DNA of 64,000 nucleotides from Macrostomum lignano (Eukaryota): NCBI GenBank assembly GCA_002269645.1, contig NIVC01000013.1, positions 1,302,001 to 1,366,000 of the forward strand, read 5' to 3'. Shown piece by piece: positions 1 to 10,961 of this stretch (position 1 is its first letter; each line of letters starts with the position of its first letter). The notes under the pieces were generated by a model. It saw only the letters and a program-made list of their open reading frames with translations, ran no database searches and was not told where the DNA came from. The position numbers and the translations under genes were made by a program.

Positions 1-212
1 GCCCGCTGGATGCTTTGCCTGCCGGGTGTCCTGCCCGCTGGATGTTTTGCCTGTCGGGTGTCCTGCCCGCTGGATGCTTTGCCTGTCGAGTGTCCTGCCC
101 GCTGGATGCTTTGCCTGTCGGGTGTCCTACCCGCTGGATGCTTTGCCTGTCGGGTGTCCTGCCCGCTGGATGCTTTGCCTGTCGGGTGTCCTGCCCGTCG
201 GATGTTCTGCCC
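1..212 (+). repeat. 32-bp minisatellite (gcccgctggatgctttgcctgtcgggtgtcct), ~6.5 copies, cut by the window edge
   Basis: Direct tandem copies visible from base 1. Confidence 0.9.
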
Positions 213-642
213 ACAGATACTATAAACACAGATATTTATAGTATCTGTGGTTTTTCCCATCGCTACGAGCGTACATGTACTTAGATCAATTTTAGCGCAA
301 TTTTCTGCCTTTCTTCCCTAATATTTCTCTTTTGAAGACCTGCTTTATTGTAGCTCCTATATATATAGTAAATGTATCAATGCGAGCTGTGCTTACATCA
401 AATTTCATAATTTTACATTCAGACCTGTGAATTTTTTACATCATGATCACAGGCCTATACATTGATGGATGACAGGTTGAAATAGATAGGGCGAAATCTG
501 CAAAAATTAATGAATCTTTCTGACACACTTAGCGCAAATTATCAAGTACTATTAAAACAATTTCAATTTAATAATAAAGAGAATCTTTATCCTGTTATTT
601 CCTGTTCAATGACCGCCATGGTCTATGCTTTTGTTTGTTTAA

Positions 643-1975
643 CTGTCAGCAAGGATTAAAGATTCCTTAGAACTGTATATTCCAGTAGGACAATGCCCCT
701 ATAAGACAGGAACGTGTGAAACTACAGTGGACATGAAGAATGAGAAAGGATCACCACTAAATCGGCAACTACCAGATAAGCTATGGACTGTCTTGGAATT
801 TTTTGATCTGAATTTTAAGATAATGGGAAAAAGACAACAACGCCTCATGTGGACACCCAACGCAGAAATAGACTGCCCCTATCAAGCGGACAGAAGAATA
901 GAAGGGAAAATCCACACGGGATGGTTTATGTCTAACGACGCTACATTCGCGCTCACCTTCAAACACCCACCAACTACGCAAGACTTAACATGTGGAACAG
1001 AAACTACAAAATTATACAAAAGCGAGCAAGGCAAACTAGTGAAGGTTCACGGGCCCGAAGCGGAATTTCTTGAAATAATAGGAAGCACTTTCAATAACTC
1101 AAGCATAGCAAAAAGAGAAAAAAGAGCCTTAACAGCAGACACCACCCTAGCAGCAAAATTGCAAAGCACAGAACTCATGATGGAATCTAGAATAGGAGAC
1201 CTCACATGAAACATGATACTACAACAATGCCGACAGCAACAGACAGTATTTCGCTACATAAAGGACTTTCTACTCATGCAGCCCACGTTAGCCGCACGAA
1301 CGCTATTCAAAGACAAGCACCTGAAGGCCAAAACTCTAGCACAACACATAGCCATATTCAGATGTCTACCAGTTCGCAACTTCCACTTCTATCAGCCGAA
1401 ATGGAACGACAACATTTGCTTTTCCATGCCACCGATCGCCTCTTCGCTGTATAACACAAATCACATAGGATTTCTAGACGTAAGAACGTTGGAGATACAG
1501 AAAGAGTATCCACCATTTCACGATTGTTCCAATTAGACATCCTATTTTCTGCCCAAAGGCGACAAAATCTACAAGACAGATCTTAATTTCTCAGAATTCA
1601 CCGTCACCAAGCTAGAACGAGATGCTTGAGGTTTTAAGCTGCTAAAACCACCAGAGATTCAACAGCACCATATTCACACCAGACGGCGATATACAGATAG
1701 AGGATTTAAAGAGCCCAGTTACGGTACACGATCTGTACACACAGATGAGTGAGCAAAGAGAATTTTTACAGACAGTATTCAAACTGCCCAAATCAGAAAC
1801 ATCACATTCTATTCACTTACCGCCGTTGGACGCAATCACAGCACAAGGAACCTTCGATCCAGCTACATGGTTACCATGGCTAGGACTACGGGTTAATCTT
1901 TTCGATATTGCGGTAGGAATAGCTGCTATAGCATTTTACCTCCAACTACTCTACCATATGATCCTTATCTGCCAC
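643..1975 (+). pseudogene. Decayed class III (herpesvirus gB-like) envelope glycoprotein of an LTR retrotransposon, 5'-truncated
   Basis: ORFs 727-1209 and 1213-1536 are one frame broken by premature stops, with a frameshift near 1660 into the frame of ORF 1745. Motifs: Cys pattern GQCPYKTGTC, LMWTPNAEIDCPY, WFMSNDATFALTF, furin site KREKR (1111-1125), gB-like core QPTLAARTLFKDKHLKAKTLAQHIAIFRCLPV (1279-1374), and a hydrophobic TM segment LFDIAVGIAAIAFYLQLLYHMILIC (~1898-1972). Family assignment is by motif recognition only. Confidence 0.65.
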
Positions 1976-2259
1976 AGACTGAACAAACAAAAGTACCAAC
2001 GACCCGGCATCAACGCGATACGCAGACAATTACAAAGGAGACAAGAACAAGAAGAACTACAGGACGTACAAACCCCACTAACGATTGGTCGAACAAAAGA
2101 CAACTGGCCAGCAAAAACATCGGCCCCAAGGAGACCTCCTCCAAGCGCGCCACCACGACCTGAGGCACCCAGACTCTACCCGACGATATCGAACCAAGGC
2201 ACGAGCTGGCCACCACCGACAGTGGCAACAGTGAACGACAGGCAGAAGAATTCAATAAC

Positions 2260-3143
2260 GATGCTGCAGATTGGCGACAAGACACGCCGAGTACTTTTGG
2301 ACAGCGGCGCGGAACGATCACTCATCAGCGAGACAGTAGCCAGGCGAACCGGCAAGACATTCACAACACCAACAACACAGCTGTATTGAGTACACGGTGG
2401 TGAACTTAAGCAATCAGGAATGGTCACGCTACCGGTCGAGGCAGGAGACTCCACAACGAACGTTGAGTTCCATGTTATTCCTGCAACCTGGGCTATGGGA
2501 AATACCAAGCTATACTAGGCATAGATTACTTCAGTCAACTTAGTAATGGCATGATGCTAAACTACCAAACCCAGGAGGTTAAGTTGAATGGAAAAAGTTA
2601 CGAAATATTAGCAACCACCACCCGCAGACCAATTAATGCGGTTAGACTGGTCACAACGGTTAATTTGAACCCGTGGGAAATCGCTAGAATCACAGCACAA
2701 GTACCAATTAAAGAGGAACACCCAACACCGATACTATTCGAACCAAGTGACAGGATAATGTCAAAAAAGCAAGTCCAATTAACACCAGAAGTCGTTCACC
2801 CAAACAACAAAGGAGATATCCAAGTCATAATATCAAATGAATCATCAGCACCAATCACACTCTACCCACGCACTAATATAGGAGAGTTCACTAAGGACAT
2901 AGAGGCGTACGAAATAGATAACATCCACTCAGAAACACAACCAATGACAGAAGAAGAATTCAAAGGAGCAATTAATCTCAAAGATTCCAACCTGACAGAA
3001 CTCCAGAAAGATCAATTAAAGCAAACCCTATGGGAAAATAAGGACGCCTTTTGCCTATCGGACAGTGATTTGGGCTACACAGAAGTGGCAAAACACGAGC
3101 TACACATCAAGCCCAACTTGGAGATAAGGCTTAACAAAAGATA
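2260..3143 (+). pseudogene. Retropepsin and pre-RT linker of the outer, decayed Ty3/Gypsy element
   Basis: VLLDSGAERSLIS (DSG at 2300) lies in the same open frame as the upstream TM helix. A stop at 2387-2389 and a frameshift near 2515 lead to ILGIDY, then LWENKDAFCLSDSDLGYTEVAKHELHI, a typical pre-RT segment. Confidence 0.85.
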
Positions 3144-3978
3144 TGTCATGAATGTGTTATTATGACTGTGTGTACTTTGCTACTTTGCTACGCCGGGCCA
3201 GTCGGCCGTCCTCTCCCCCCTCCTTAGATATTTTCTGACTCACCCACCTGCACTTCTGCGCGTGCGTACCCCTCCCCTCCCTGCCTAGACCTTTTCTGTT
3301 GAGTCAAACCCCCCCCCCATGCTCTGCGTGCGACCCCCCCCCTGTGCGACCCCGCCCCATTATTTTGTTAGCTTTGCTGCCCCGCCCCTGTTTGTGATTG
3401 GCTGCCAGTCCCAGTCTGCCGTGCTGCGCCCCGGCGATTGGCTGGTATAGCTCATGCGTTGCCTTGGCTGATGTCTAAGCCCCCTTTTCTGCCTTTATCC
3501 CGCGCCCTCGACCCCCAGTTTGCTGCCTATTTATTCGGCCCCCTTGAGACCCCATTCTCGTCGTCTTCGGGCTCCTCGGCGATTGTGCCAGCGTTGGTTG
3601 CTGAATTGCTATTCCTCGCAGAATTGCTAGACAAATATATAAGTAAAGAATATCGAGATCACCACTGCTCTGACGGCGCTGTTTCTTGTACGACTGAAAT
3701 CGCGGCTGGTAAGCCTTCCAATTTGTACGTCATTTGGGTCTGCATCTGTACTAGGCACCTTAGAGGGATTAAGTGCGTCGTACGCCGGTCCCACCCCAAG
3801 CAGCTCTGCGTCGTACGCGAGTCTGTAGGCTGTCGTGCGTCGTACGCTCGAGCAGCCTAGTCCCGACGGACACCGCGTCGTACGCGTGTCAGTGGAGGAC
3901 CGCAGCCAGGGTCAGTACACGAACCCGGGTCTGGGAAAGGGGCACGAAAGGACCGAGCCCTTGAGCCCCATCATCACA
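3144..3978 (+). repeat. 5' LTR
   Basis: TGTCATGA...TCATCACA imperfect terminal inverted repeat. By eye it differs from the 3' LTR only by a poly-C length (10 vs 12), one T/C change (3448 vs 11268) and the last 2 nt. Confidence 0.95.
3636..3647 (+). promoter_or_regulatory. LTR TATA box (TATATAA) with an adjacent AGTAAA polyA-like hexamer
   Basis: acaaaTATATAAGTAAAg, downstream of GC boxes and reverse CCAAT (gattggc) motifs in U3. Confidence 0.55.
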
Positions 3979-3981
3979 AAT

Positions 3982-3998
3982 TGGCATCCTTGGTGGGA
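3982..3998 (+). promoter_or_regulatory. Primer-binding site TGGCATCCTTGGTGGGA (tRNA identity tentative, Asn-like)
   Basis: Begins with TGG, 3 nt after the LTR end, and is complementary to a tRNA-like ...CCCACCAAGGAUGCCA 3' end. Confidence 0.7.
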
Positions 3999-4086
3999 CC
4001 CTGCGCTGTGGAAGACTAAGCAAGGAAGAAAGCTCGAGGCGCGGAATATTGTGAGAAATTAAGGTTAGAAACTGTGACGCCGTGGT

Positions 4087-5162
4087 ATGGATGCTGGAGG
4101 TGCTGCTGGAGGTGCTGCTGGAGGTGCGGCTGGAGGTGCGGCGGAGGTGCGGCTGGAGGTGCGGCTGGAGGTGCTGCTGGAGGTGCTGCTGGAGCCTTTG
4201 GTGTTAATGATCTGGTCGCCGCCTTGACTGCCCAGATTCAGCAGAACATGCAGCAAGCGGGTGCCCTCAGGATTCAGAGGCCGGTGAAGTATGCTCCAGG
4301 AATGAATTTCGTGAAGTGGTTGAGGCTCTTCGTAGCTTATTGCGATGCCATGCAGATTCCGATGCAGAATCGGCGCGCTCAGTTGCTCAGCAACCTAGAC
4401 TTCAGCACCTTCCAAGTTGTTGACAACATGAACCTTGGGGACGACTTGCAGTTCGAAGAATTTACCCAGGCCTTGAGGGATAGGTTCACTATGCACCGTA
4501 CCGTCGTCGACTACCGCACAGAACTGAGCAATAGAGAGCAGAGTGAGAAGGAGTCGGTAGAAGATTTCTCTGAAGCTGTGATTGAGTTGGTCGCAAACGC
4601 CTTTCCTGATGCGCCTGCCGATGTGCGCGATGATCTTGCGAAAGAGCGATTTATGCGAGGCGTCCGTGCGGGGGTGGCTGTGCGGGAGCGACTGTACATG
4701 AGCCAGCCGGAGACGTTAGCGGACGCAATGCGTCTGGTGCATCAGCTGGAAGCGGCGGTTAGGGCAAGTCATGGTCCACCAGGTCAGGTATCGAAAAGAA
4801 CCGTTTGTGCTGTTACGACCGAGACCAGAAAGGAGGCTTCCGAAAGCAGTGAGGTCGAGATGCTTCGAAAACAGCTGGCGGCCATGGAGATGCGAATGAA
4901 AGAGATGGAGGAGCGGAGGTCTGAAGAAGCGGCAGAGCCGACCCCGGCGAGTCGGAAGGCTGTGCAGTGTTTTTCGTGTCGAGAGTGGGGCCATATCTCA
5001 TCAAAGTGTCCGAAGAAGACCAGTCAGAAGAGTGAAAACGGGAAATCGCCAGTACGATGTCACAAGTGCAACGGTGAAGGCCACCTATCCTTCAAGTGTC
5101 CGAAGTCGGGAAACGGGCCGAGGGGACCGACCGGGGAGAGTCGGGACCCTGCCAGGAAGTGA
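4087..5162 (+). CDS. gag: Gag with N-terminal (GGAA)n repeat and two CCHC zinc knuckles; 1-bp deletion near 4142
   Basis: ATG 4087 reads MDAGGAAGGAA; a missing base in one 12-bp unit shifts into ORF 4074-5162. Capsid-like REQSEKESVEDF motif, knuckles CFSCREWGHISSKC and CHKCNGEGHLSFKC. Confidence 0.9.
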
Positions 5163-8100
5163 AGTCTCCCAGGAGCGAGGAACCGGGGTTGCTCACTAAC
5201 TCTGTAAATAAATCCAAGTGCGTCTCTGGTGATGGGAATTCAAAGAGCAACCTGGTTCATGAGGCGTGTTCGTCGGTATCAACGGAGCCTCTGACAGTTT
5301 TTATTTCCGGTGCGGTTTCCGGCAAGCCAGTGGCTCTGCTGTTAGACAGTGGTGCGAGTGTGTCAGTGCTGAGCTGTGATGTTTTCCTGAGGCTGCCGCA
5401 AGAGGTGAGGGAGAGACTGACTGCAATGGACGGTTCCCTTTCAACGGCCAATGGAGGTGCGATGAGGATGAGAGGCTGCATTGTGCTGGACGTGGAGATT
5501 GGCGGCGAGCGGTGGTCAGCGAATTTCTTCGTAGTGGACGGATTACGTTATGATGTCATTCTCGGGTCCGAATTTTTCAAACAGCATCGTTGCGTCATCA
5601 ACTATTCAGAGTTTGTCTTTCGAGTGGGCGATGTTAGAGTTCCGATACGGCAGAAAGGCGAGCTGCCCGTGGTGTGTCGAATCAAAGCCGAGACAACGGT
5701 ATTTCTGGAACCGGCGCAAGAAGTGATCATGCCAGCCAGGGTAGAGAAAAAGGGCGCAAGAAACTGCGGATCGGTCGGCATAACGGAAGAAAAGCCGGTG
5801 AAGGCCGCTGAGAAGGATTTGGCGCTGGCTCGAGCTCTGGTAGCGCCCGGCGTGGATGGACGGCTGCCGATGAGATTGCTGAATACGTCCAGTTGTAGGA
5901 AGAGGGTCAAGAAAGGAGAGACGATTGGCTGGTTTATTCCTTTGGAACCGAACGGAGGTATCAACGTGGTGCGCTTGGACGACGACGTAGAGGCCAAGAA
6001 TGAAGCGGAGGCATGGGACCCGATCGAAGAATTCCGCGAGTGGGGTTCGTGTGGCCTGTCGGAGGAGGAGGAAGCCGACTTCAGGGAGCTGATTTCCCAA
6101 CATCGGGCTGTCTTTGCTAAGGACTCCAAGGATCTCGGCGTACGACGGTGATGAAGCACGAGATCGACACTGGAGATGCCAGGCCTGTGAAAGAGGCGGC
6201 GAGGCGGATTCCCCCTTACCTGCGGCAGGAAGTGGACAAGGAGTTGGATGACTTGCTGGAAGCTGGGAGAATCAGCGAGGTTCAGTCCCCATGGTGCTCT
6301 CCGGTGGTGTGCGTGAAAAAGAAGGACGGTTCCCTGAGGTTCTGTTGTGACTACCGGAAACTGAATGAAGTGACCAAGAAGGATGCAGTGCCGTTGCCCA
6401 GGACAGATGACCTGTTGGAGAGCCTAGGCGGTGCCAAGATTTTTTCGACCATGGACATGCAGTCGGGATACTGGCAGATGGCGGTGGAACCCAGCGACAG
6501 ACTGAAGACGGCCTTTGGCGTTTCACACCGGGTACAGCAGTACGCCTGGAACGTTATGCCATTTGGATTGACAAATGCACCGGCTTCATTCAGCCGGCTA
6601 ATGAATGTGGTGTTGGGGAAGTTGTGCTGGAAGACGTGTTTGGTGTATCTGGACGACCTGCTAGTGTGGTCACGAACGGTAGAAGAGCACCTGGAACGGT
6701 TGCAAACGGTTTTTCGACGGTTGCGAGCAGCGAACATCAAACTGAAGCCGAAGAAGTGCGCATTCCTGCTGAAGTCAGTGACCTTCCTGGGACACGTAGT
6801 GTCAGCTGATGGGATCGCCACGAGTCCAGAAAAGATTGCCGAAATTCGTGACTGGCCAACTCCGAGGAATGTGAAGGAAGTAAGGTCATTCCTGGGACTG
6901 TGCGGGTATTACCGGCAATTCATCGCAGATTTTTCCCGCATTGCTGAGCCGATGCTGCGACGGACCCGACATGATTGCCCGTGGAGCTGGGATGAGGAGT
7001 GTCAAGCCGCATTCGAGGCCCTGAAGGAAAGGTTGCAGGGATCTGAGGTCATGGCGTTTCCAAACTTTGCGGAGGACGCTGGAGAATTCGTTTTAGACAC
7101 AGACGGTAGCACAAAAGAAGGAATTGGCGCTGTGCTTTCGCAGGTGCAGAAAGATGGGAGTGAGAAGGTAATAGCTTACGGAAGCAGGACGTTGTCGCGA
7201 GAAGAACGGAATTACTGCACGACACGAGTCGAGTTGCTGGCCGTGGTGTTTTTCGTACAGAAGTTTCGTTATTACCTGATGGGGCGAGAGTTTCTAGTGC
7301 GCACCGATCACAGCAGCTTGAAGTGGCTGCATTCGCTGCGGGACGTAGAAGGACAACTGGCCAGATGGCTGGAACTCTTGGCTCCGTACAGGTATCGCAT
7401 CGAACATCGTCCGGGAGTGAAACATCAACACGCGGACGCTCTCTCCAGGAAGCCACGTCGGCGCCATCAAGGAAGCGAGAGTTGTCCTGGATGTGCACAA
7501 GAGCAGATCGGCGTGAACGCGTTGGGATTGCAGAAGTGGACCTCGGAGGAGATCAGAGAGAGCCAGAAGATGGACAGCGACATTCGTCAGGCGATGGAGC
7601 TGCTGGCTCACAGCGACGGAGAGATAACCGAAGAGCATTTGCGGCGCATATCACCGACGGCAAGGAGGATTGTCGAAAGACGTCGTGACCTTGAGGTGTC
7701 GGACAGTGAGGTGTTGCTGTGTCATACGGCCAGTAGACGTCAGCCGCAAGTGGTGTTGCCACGGAATATGCTGAGAGCGGTGCTGGAAGAAGCTCATGGT
7801 GGACGGAGTGGAGGGCACGTTGGGATTTTCAAGACCAAGGAGAAGGTGCGGCAATCGTTTTGGAGGCCGGGACTTGGCCGCGAGGTCGAAGAGCACGTAA
7901 AAGCCTGTTTGGACTGCACCAAGGCCAAAGCTGGCAAGAAACCAATTGCACCGATGGAGCCGATTCCGAGTTCAAGCCCATTCGATATCGTGATGACGGA
8001 CGTCATCGGGCCGCTGCCACGGAGCAAGAAAGGAAACTTCTACATCCTCACGGTGCAAGATGCGTTCTCAAAGTGGCCTGACGCTTATGCCATCCGGAAC

Positions 8101-9302
8101 CAGAAGGCGGCAACGATCGCAAGGGTGCTATTCGAACGCTGGATTGCCAATCACGGGTGCCCCCGGGTACTTCACTCAGACCAAGGAAGGAACTTTGAGT
8201 CGGGGATCGTCAGGAAGCTGTGCGAGCTGTTGGGTGTGAAGAAGACCAGGACGAGCGCCTACCACCCGAGTGGCAACGGACAGGTGGAACGATTTAACGG
8301 GTTCCTGAAGAACAGTTTGCGCACGTATCTGGTACAGAAGGGTCAGAACGCCTGGGAGGAGTACCTGCCAAGTGCCTTGATGGCTTATCGATCGACGGTC
8401 CAGGCGTCCACCGGTTACACGCCCTACTACATGCTGCATGGTCAGGAGATGCCGCTGGGATTCGAACCAGAGGACCTTAGGCGAAAGACGGACAGCTATC
8501 CCTTGTTTGTGCAAGAGATCAGCAGAACCTGCTTCATGCCCATGAACGCATTCGAGAAGGACGCGAGACGGTTCAGCGACGGCAGAAAATGAATTACGAT
8601 CGGAAAGTGAAGGGCAAAGCGATTCAGAAGGGCGACTCTGTCTTGCTGTACTATCCGTGCTTGGAGATGGGAGAGAAAAGCAAGTTCCATATCAACTGGC
8701 GCGGCCCAGTGAAGGTCCTGGAGAAGCTGTCAGATGCGTTGTACCGAGTGCAGGATCCGACACAGCCGCAGAAGACCAAGGTGGTGCACTTCAACAATCT
8801 CCGGCCGGTTCAGGGCCAGACGGAGGCGGCAGACGGTCAAGAGACTAGAGAGGAAATTGGGAGGGCCAGTTCGGGAAAAACCAGGCCGCGACGTGATAAT
8901 TCCGCTGCTGGACGAAGCCGAAGGCAGAGAGTGCAACGGGGCGAGACCCAGAGGTGGACCGCAGCGCGAGGGCCGCAGGACCAGGAATCCGAGCAGGAAG
9001 ATGAAGAGTTTGAAGATCTTCAGCTGCGGTTTCAAGATCCAAGAGATCACGCTCCACCGGACACCCGAAATCTGGCCGAAGACTGTGAGCCCGGACCTGA
9101 GCGTCGAGAAGCAGACGATGACGAAGAAGAGCACGACGATGAGTCGCGGTACGACGAGGAGCAGGACGAAGAGGATGAGGCAGAGCCGAACGACGCCAAC
9201 GTACCCGAGCAGGAAGTGAGGACGGCACAGGAGGAAGCAGGGCGACCAAGACGTCTGCGGCGACCGCCAGATCGGTTTGGGGTCCCGGTGTACTACTACT
9301 GA
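5096..9302 (+). CDS. pol: Pol polyprotein (protease, RT, RNase H, integrase), split by two 1-bp deletions (~6139 and ~8520)
   Basis: PR LLLDSGASVS; RT LRFCCDYRKLN and VYLDD; RNase H VLDTDGS...TTRVELLAVV...TDHSSL; integrase HHCC (AHGGRSGGH...CLDC), DDE (MTDVIGP, HSDQGRNFES, GQVERFN) and GPY/F-like WRGPVKV. Adding one base gives DLGRTTVMKH and QEIQQNLLHAHERIREGRETVQRRQKMNYD. Confidence 0.95.
5108..5114 (+). promoter_or_regulatory. -1 ribosomal frameshift slippery heptamer G GGA AAC for gag-pol
   Basis: X XXY YYZ heptamer correctly phased in the gag frame. Pol is open in the -1 frame from 5096, and a GC-rich stem (ccgac/gtcgg, ggg/ccc) follows. Confidence 0.7.
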
Positions 9303-9401
9303 AGAAGGGTCCGGTGTACGGCGCTTGGATAGCCAAAGGGGAAGGGAGGTACATGTCGTGCGTGTCTCATTGCTCATCGGAGTTAGGCCGGACTGTTACA
9401 G

Positions 9402-10387
9402 ATGGCGGACCTCTACGAGTGTCTTGGAGTGCAGCTGTGGGCGTCTGCGGCACAGATTCGGAAAGCGTTCTACGGTCGAGCACGCGAACTGCACCCTGAC
9501 AAGAGCGCAACAGAGGAGACGCGAAGAGATTCCAGGAGTGCGAAGAGGCGTACCGAATACTGTCGTGTCCGTTCCTTAGAAAGCTGTACGATATCTTTGG
9601 AAATGCTGTTCGTGACCGGGATGAGATGCTTCGGCTCGCAGAAGGGATGTTAGAGGATGAAGACATGCCCGACGATCTCCGAGAAGAGATAGAAAGACTA
9701 CAAGAGAGCGACCGATTAGCTGAGGAGGCGTACGAGAGAGAACAGGCGAGGAGGGATGAGGAGCACGTCAAGATGGAGGCAAGTGAGGAGGCCTCAGACG
9801 ATGAGCAGGACGAAGAGATGAACGAGGCGAGTGAGACACTGCCGGAGGAGTACGAGGTCGAGAAGGTCTTAGGAGTACGAGTCACGGAGCGAGGAGCGGA
9901 GTATCTGCTGCAGTGGGCCGGTGTAGAGGAGCTTGAGACGTCATGGGAAGCGGAGGAAGATTGTGCCGGATGTAGAAACCTGATTGAAGAATATCTGCAG
10001 AGAGCGTACCGGCTTCAGACAAGACCGTGCCGACCAGTGACCGTCGCGGAACTGGAGAACGTAGGACCCAGTCGGAAGAAACTGCACCAGGCAATGCGGA
10101 AGGGCGACCCGTGGGGCATCTTTGAGGTGCTGCTAGCCCTGAAGGGGAAGTGCGCCACTGCCTTGGTGGATTTCAAGGAATTCGGTCCGGAGTTGATGCT
10201 GCAAATCCTGGGCTACTTGGAGCGAGACGGTCGCAAGTATCCGGGGCACGGAGTTCGTCGGTGGAGTCGCCAAGCGTGTCAAGCTGTCTACATGTCGGTG
10301 ATGGTGGTGTTCCCGCTGTTCGACCTGCGACGCCAGGGTTTGGTCCTGGGTGCCCTCCGTAGGCTGTGGGATTCGTGCTCTGACTGA
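9402..10387 (+). CDS. Accessory ORF3 of the Gypsy element: DnaJ J-domain, acidic linker, chromodomain and unknown C-terminal domain (one 1-bp deletion near 9519)
   Basis: MADLYECLGVQLWASAAQIRKAFYGRARELHPDK (helices I-II plus HPD), then in the -1 frame AKRFQECEEAYRILSCPFLRKLYDIFG (helices III-IV), continuous with ORF 9626-10387 containing EYEVEKVLGVRVTERGAEYLLQWAGVEELETSWEAEEDCAGCRNLIEEY (chromodomain). Confidence 0.88.
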
Positions 10388-10949
10388 GGCTATGTCTTCC
10401 TAGGGACTTTGGGGCTAGGGACTTTGCAGTGCAGACCCAGGGACAGCGGAGCGGAGGTGGACCGGCCTTAACGGGTGCTGACGGAGCGACGCGGCTGTGC
10501 AGCAACCGCAGGACTCGACGACCAGCGCAGAGCGACCAGAGCAACCGGCGACAGTAGCGACAGGGAGACGAGGCACCAGAGCGACGGCCGTACTCGGCGG
10601 GATGCAGGGAAGCAGTGCTAGTATTACTTGTGAGGGTAAATGTTTGACGGTTTCATTTTTTTGTTTTTTGTGAACATTTAGCGTTTTTTTCGAACTTCAG
10701 CGTTTTTGTTAAAGTGAGTTTTTCCCAAAATTTGCGTATTGCTTCCCAATGATGCGTACTCACTATCCTATGTTTGAAGGTTTCTTCGTCATTTTTAAAC
10801 GGTATAATCACTGCGGTTTTGTTTTTTGTTCGAACTAGTTGCCATGCGAGTCCAAAATATTTTTCAAATGCGGTTTGTTCCTCTGTTCAATTTTTTTGTT
10901 ATAGTAGCATCATTTCAATATTCGACTTTTCGAACTCGAACTTTTGTCT

Positions 10950-10961
10950 AGGGGACGGGAG
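10950..10961 (+). promoter_or_regulatory. Polypurine tract AGGGGACGGGAG
   Basis: Directly abuts the TG start of the 3' LTR. Confidence 0.85.

Noticed and set aside
3438-3860. 140-aa ORF duplicated at 11258-11680
   Set aside because: It lies inside the LTRs, starts at TTG, spans the TATA box and has no recognisable domain; the duplication is just the LTR pair.
9626-10387. Chromodomain as the usual integrase C-terminal fusion of a chromovirus
   Set aside because: Pol ends at 9302 after a typical RRPPDRF tail, and a separate ATG and J-domain lie in between.
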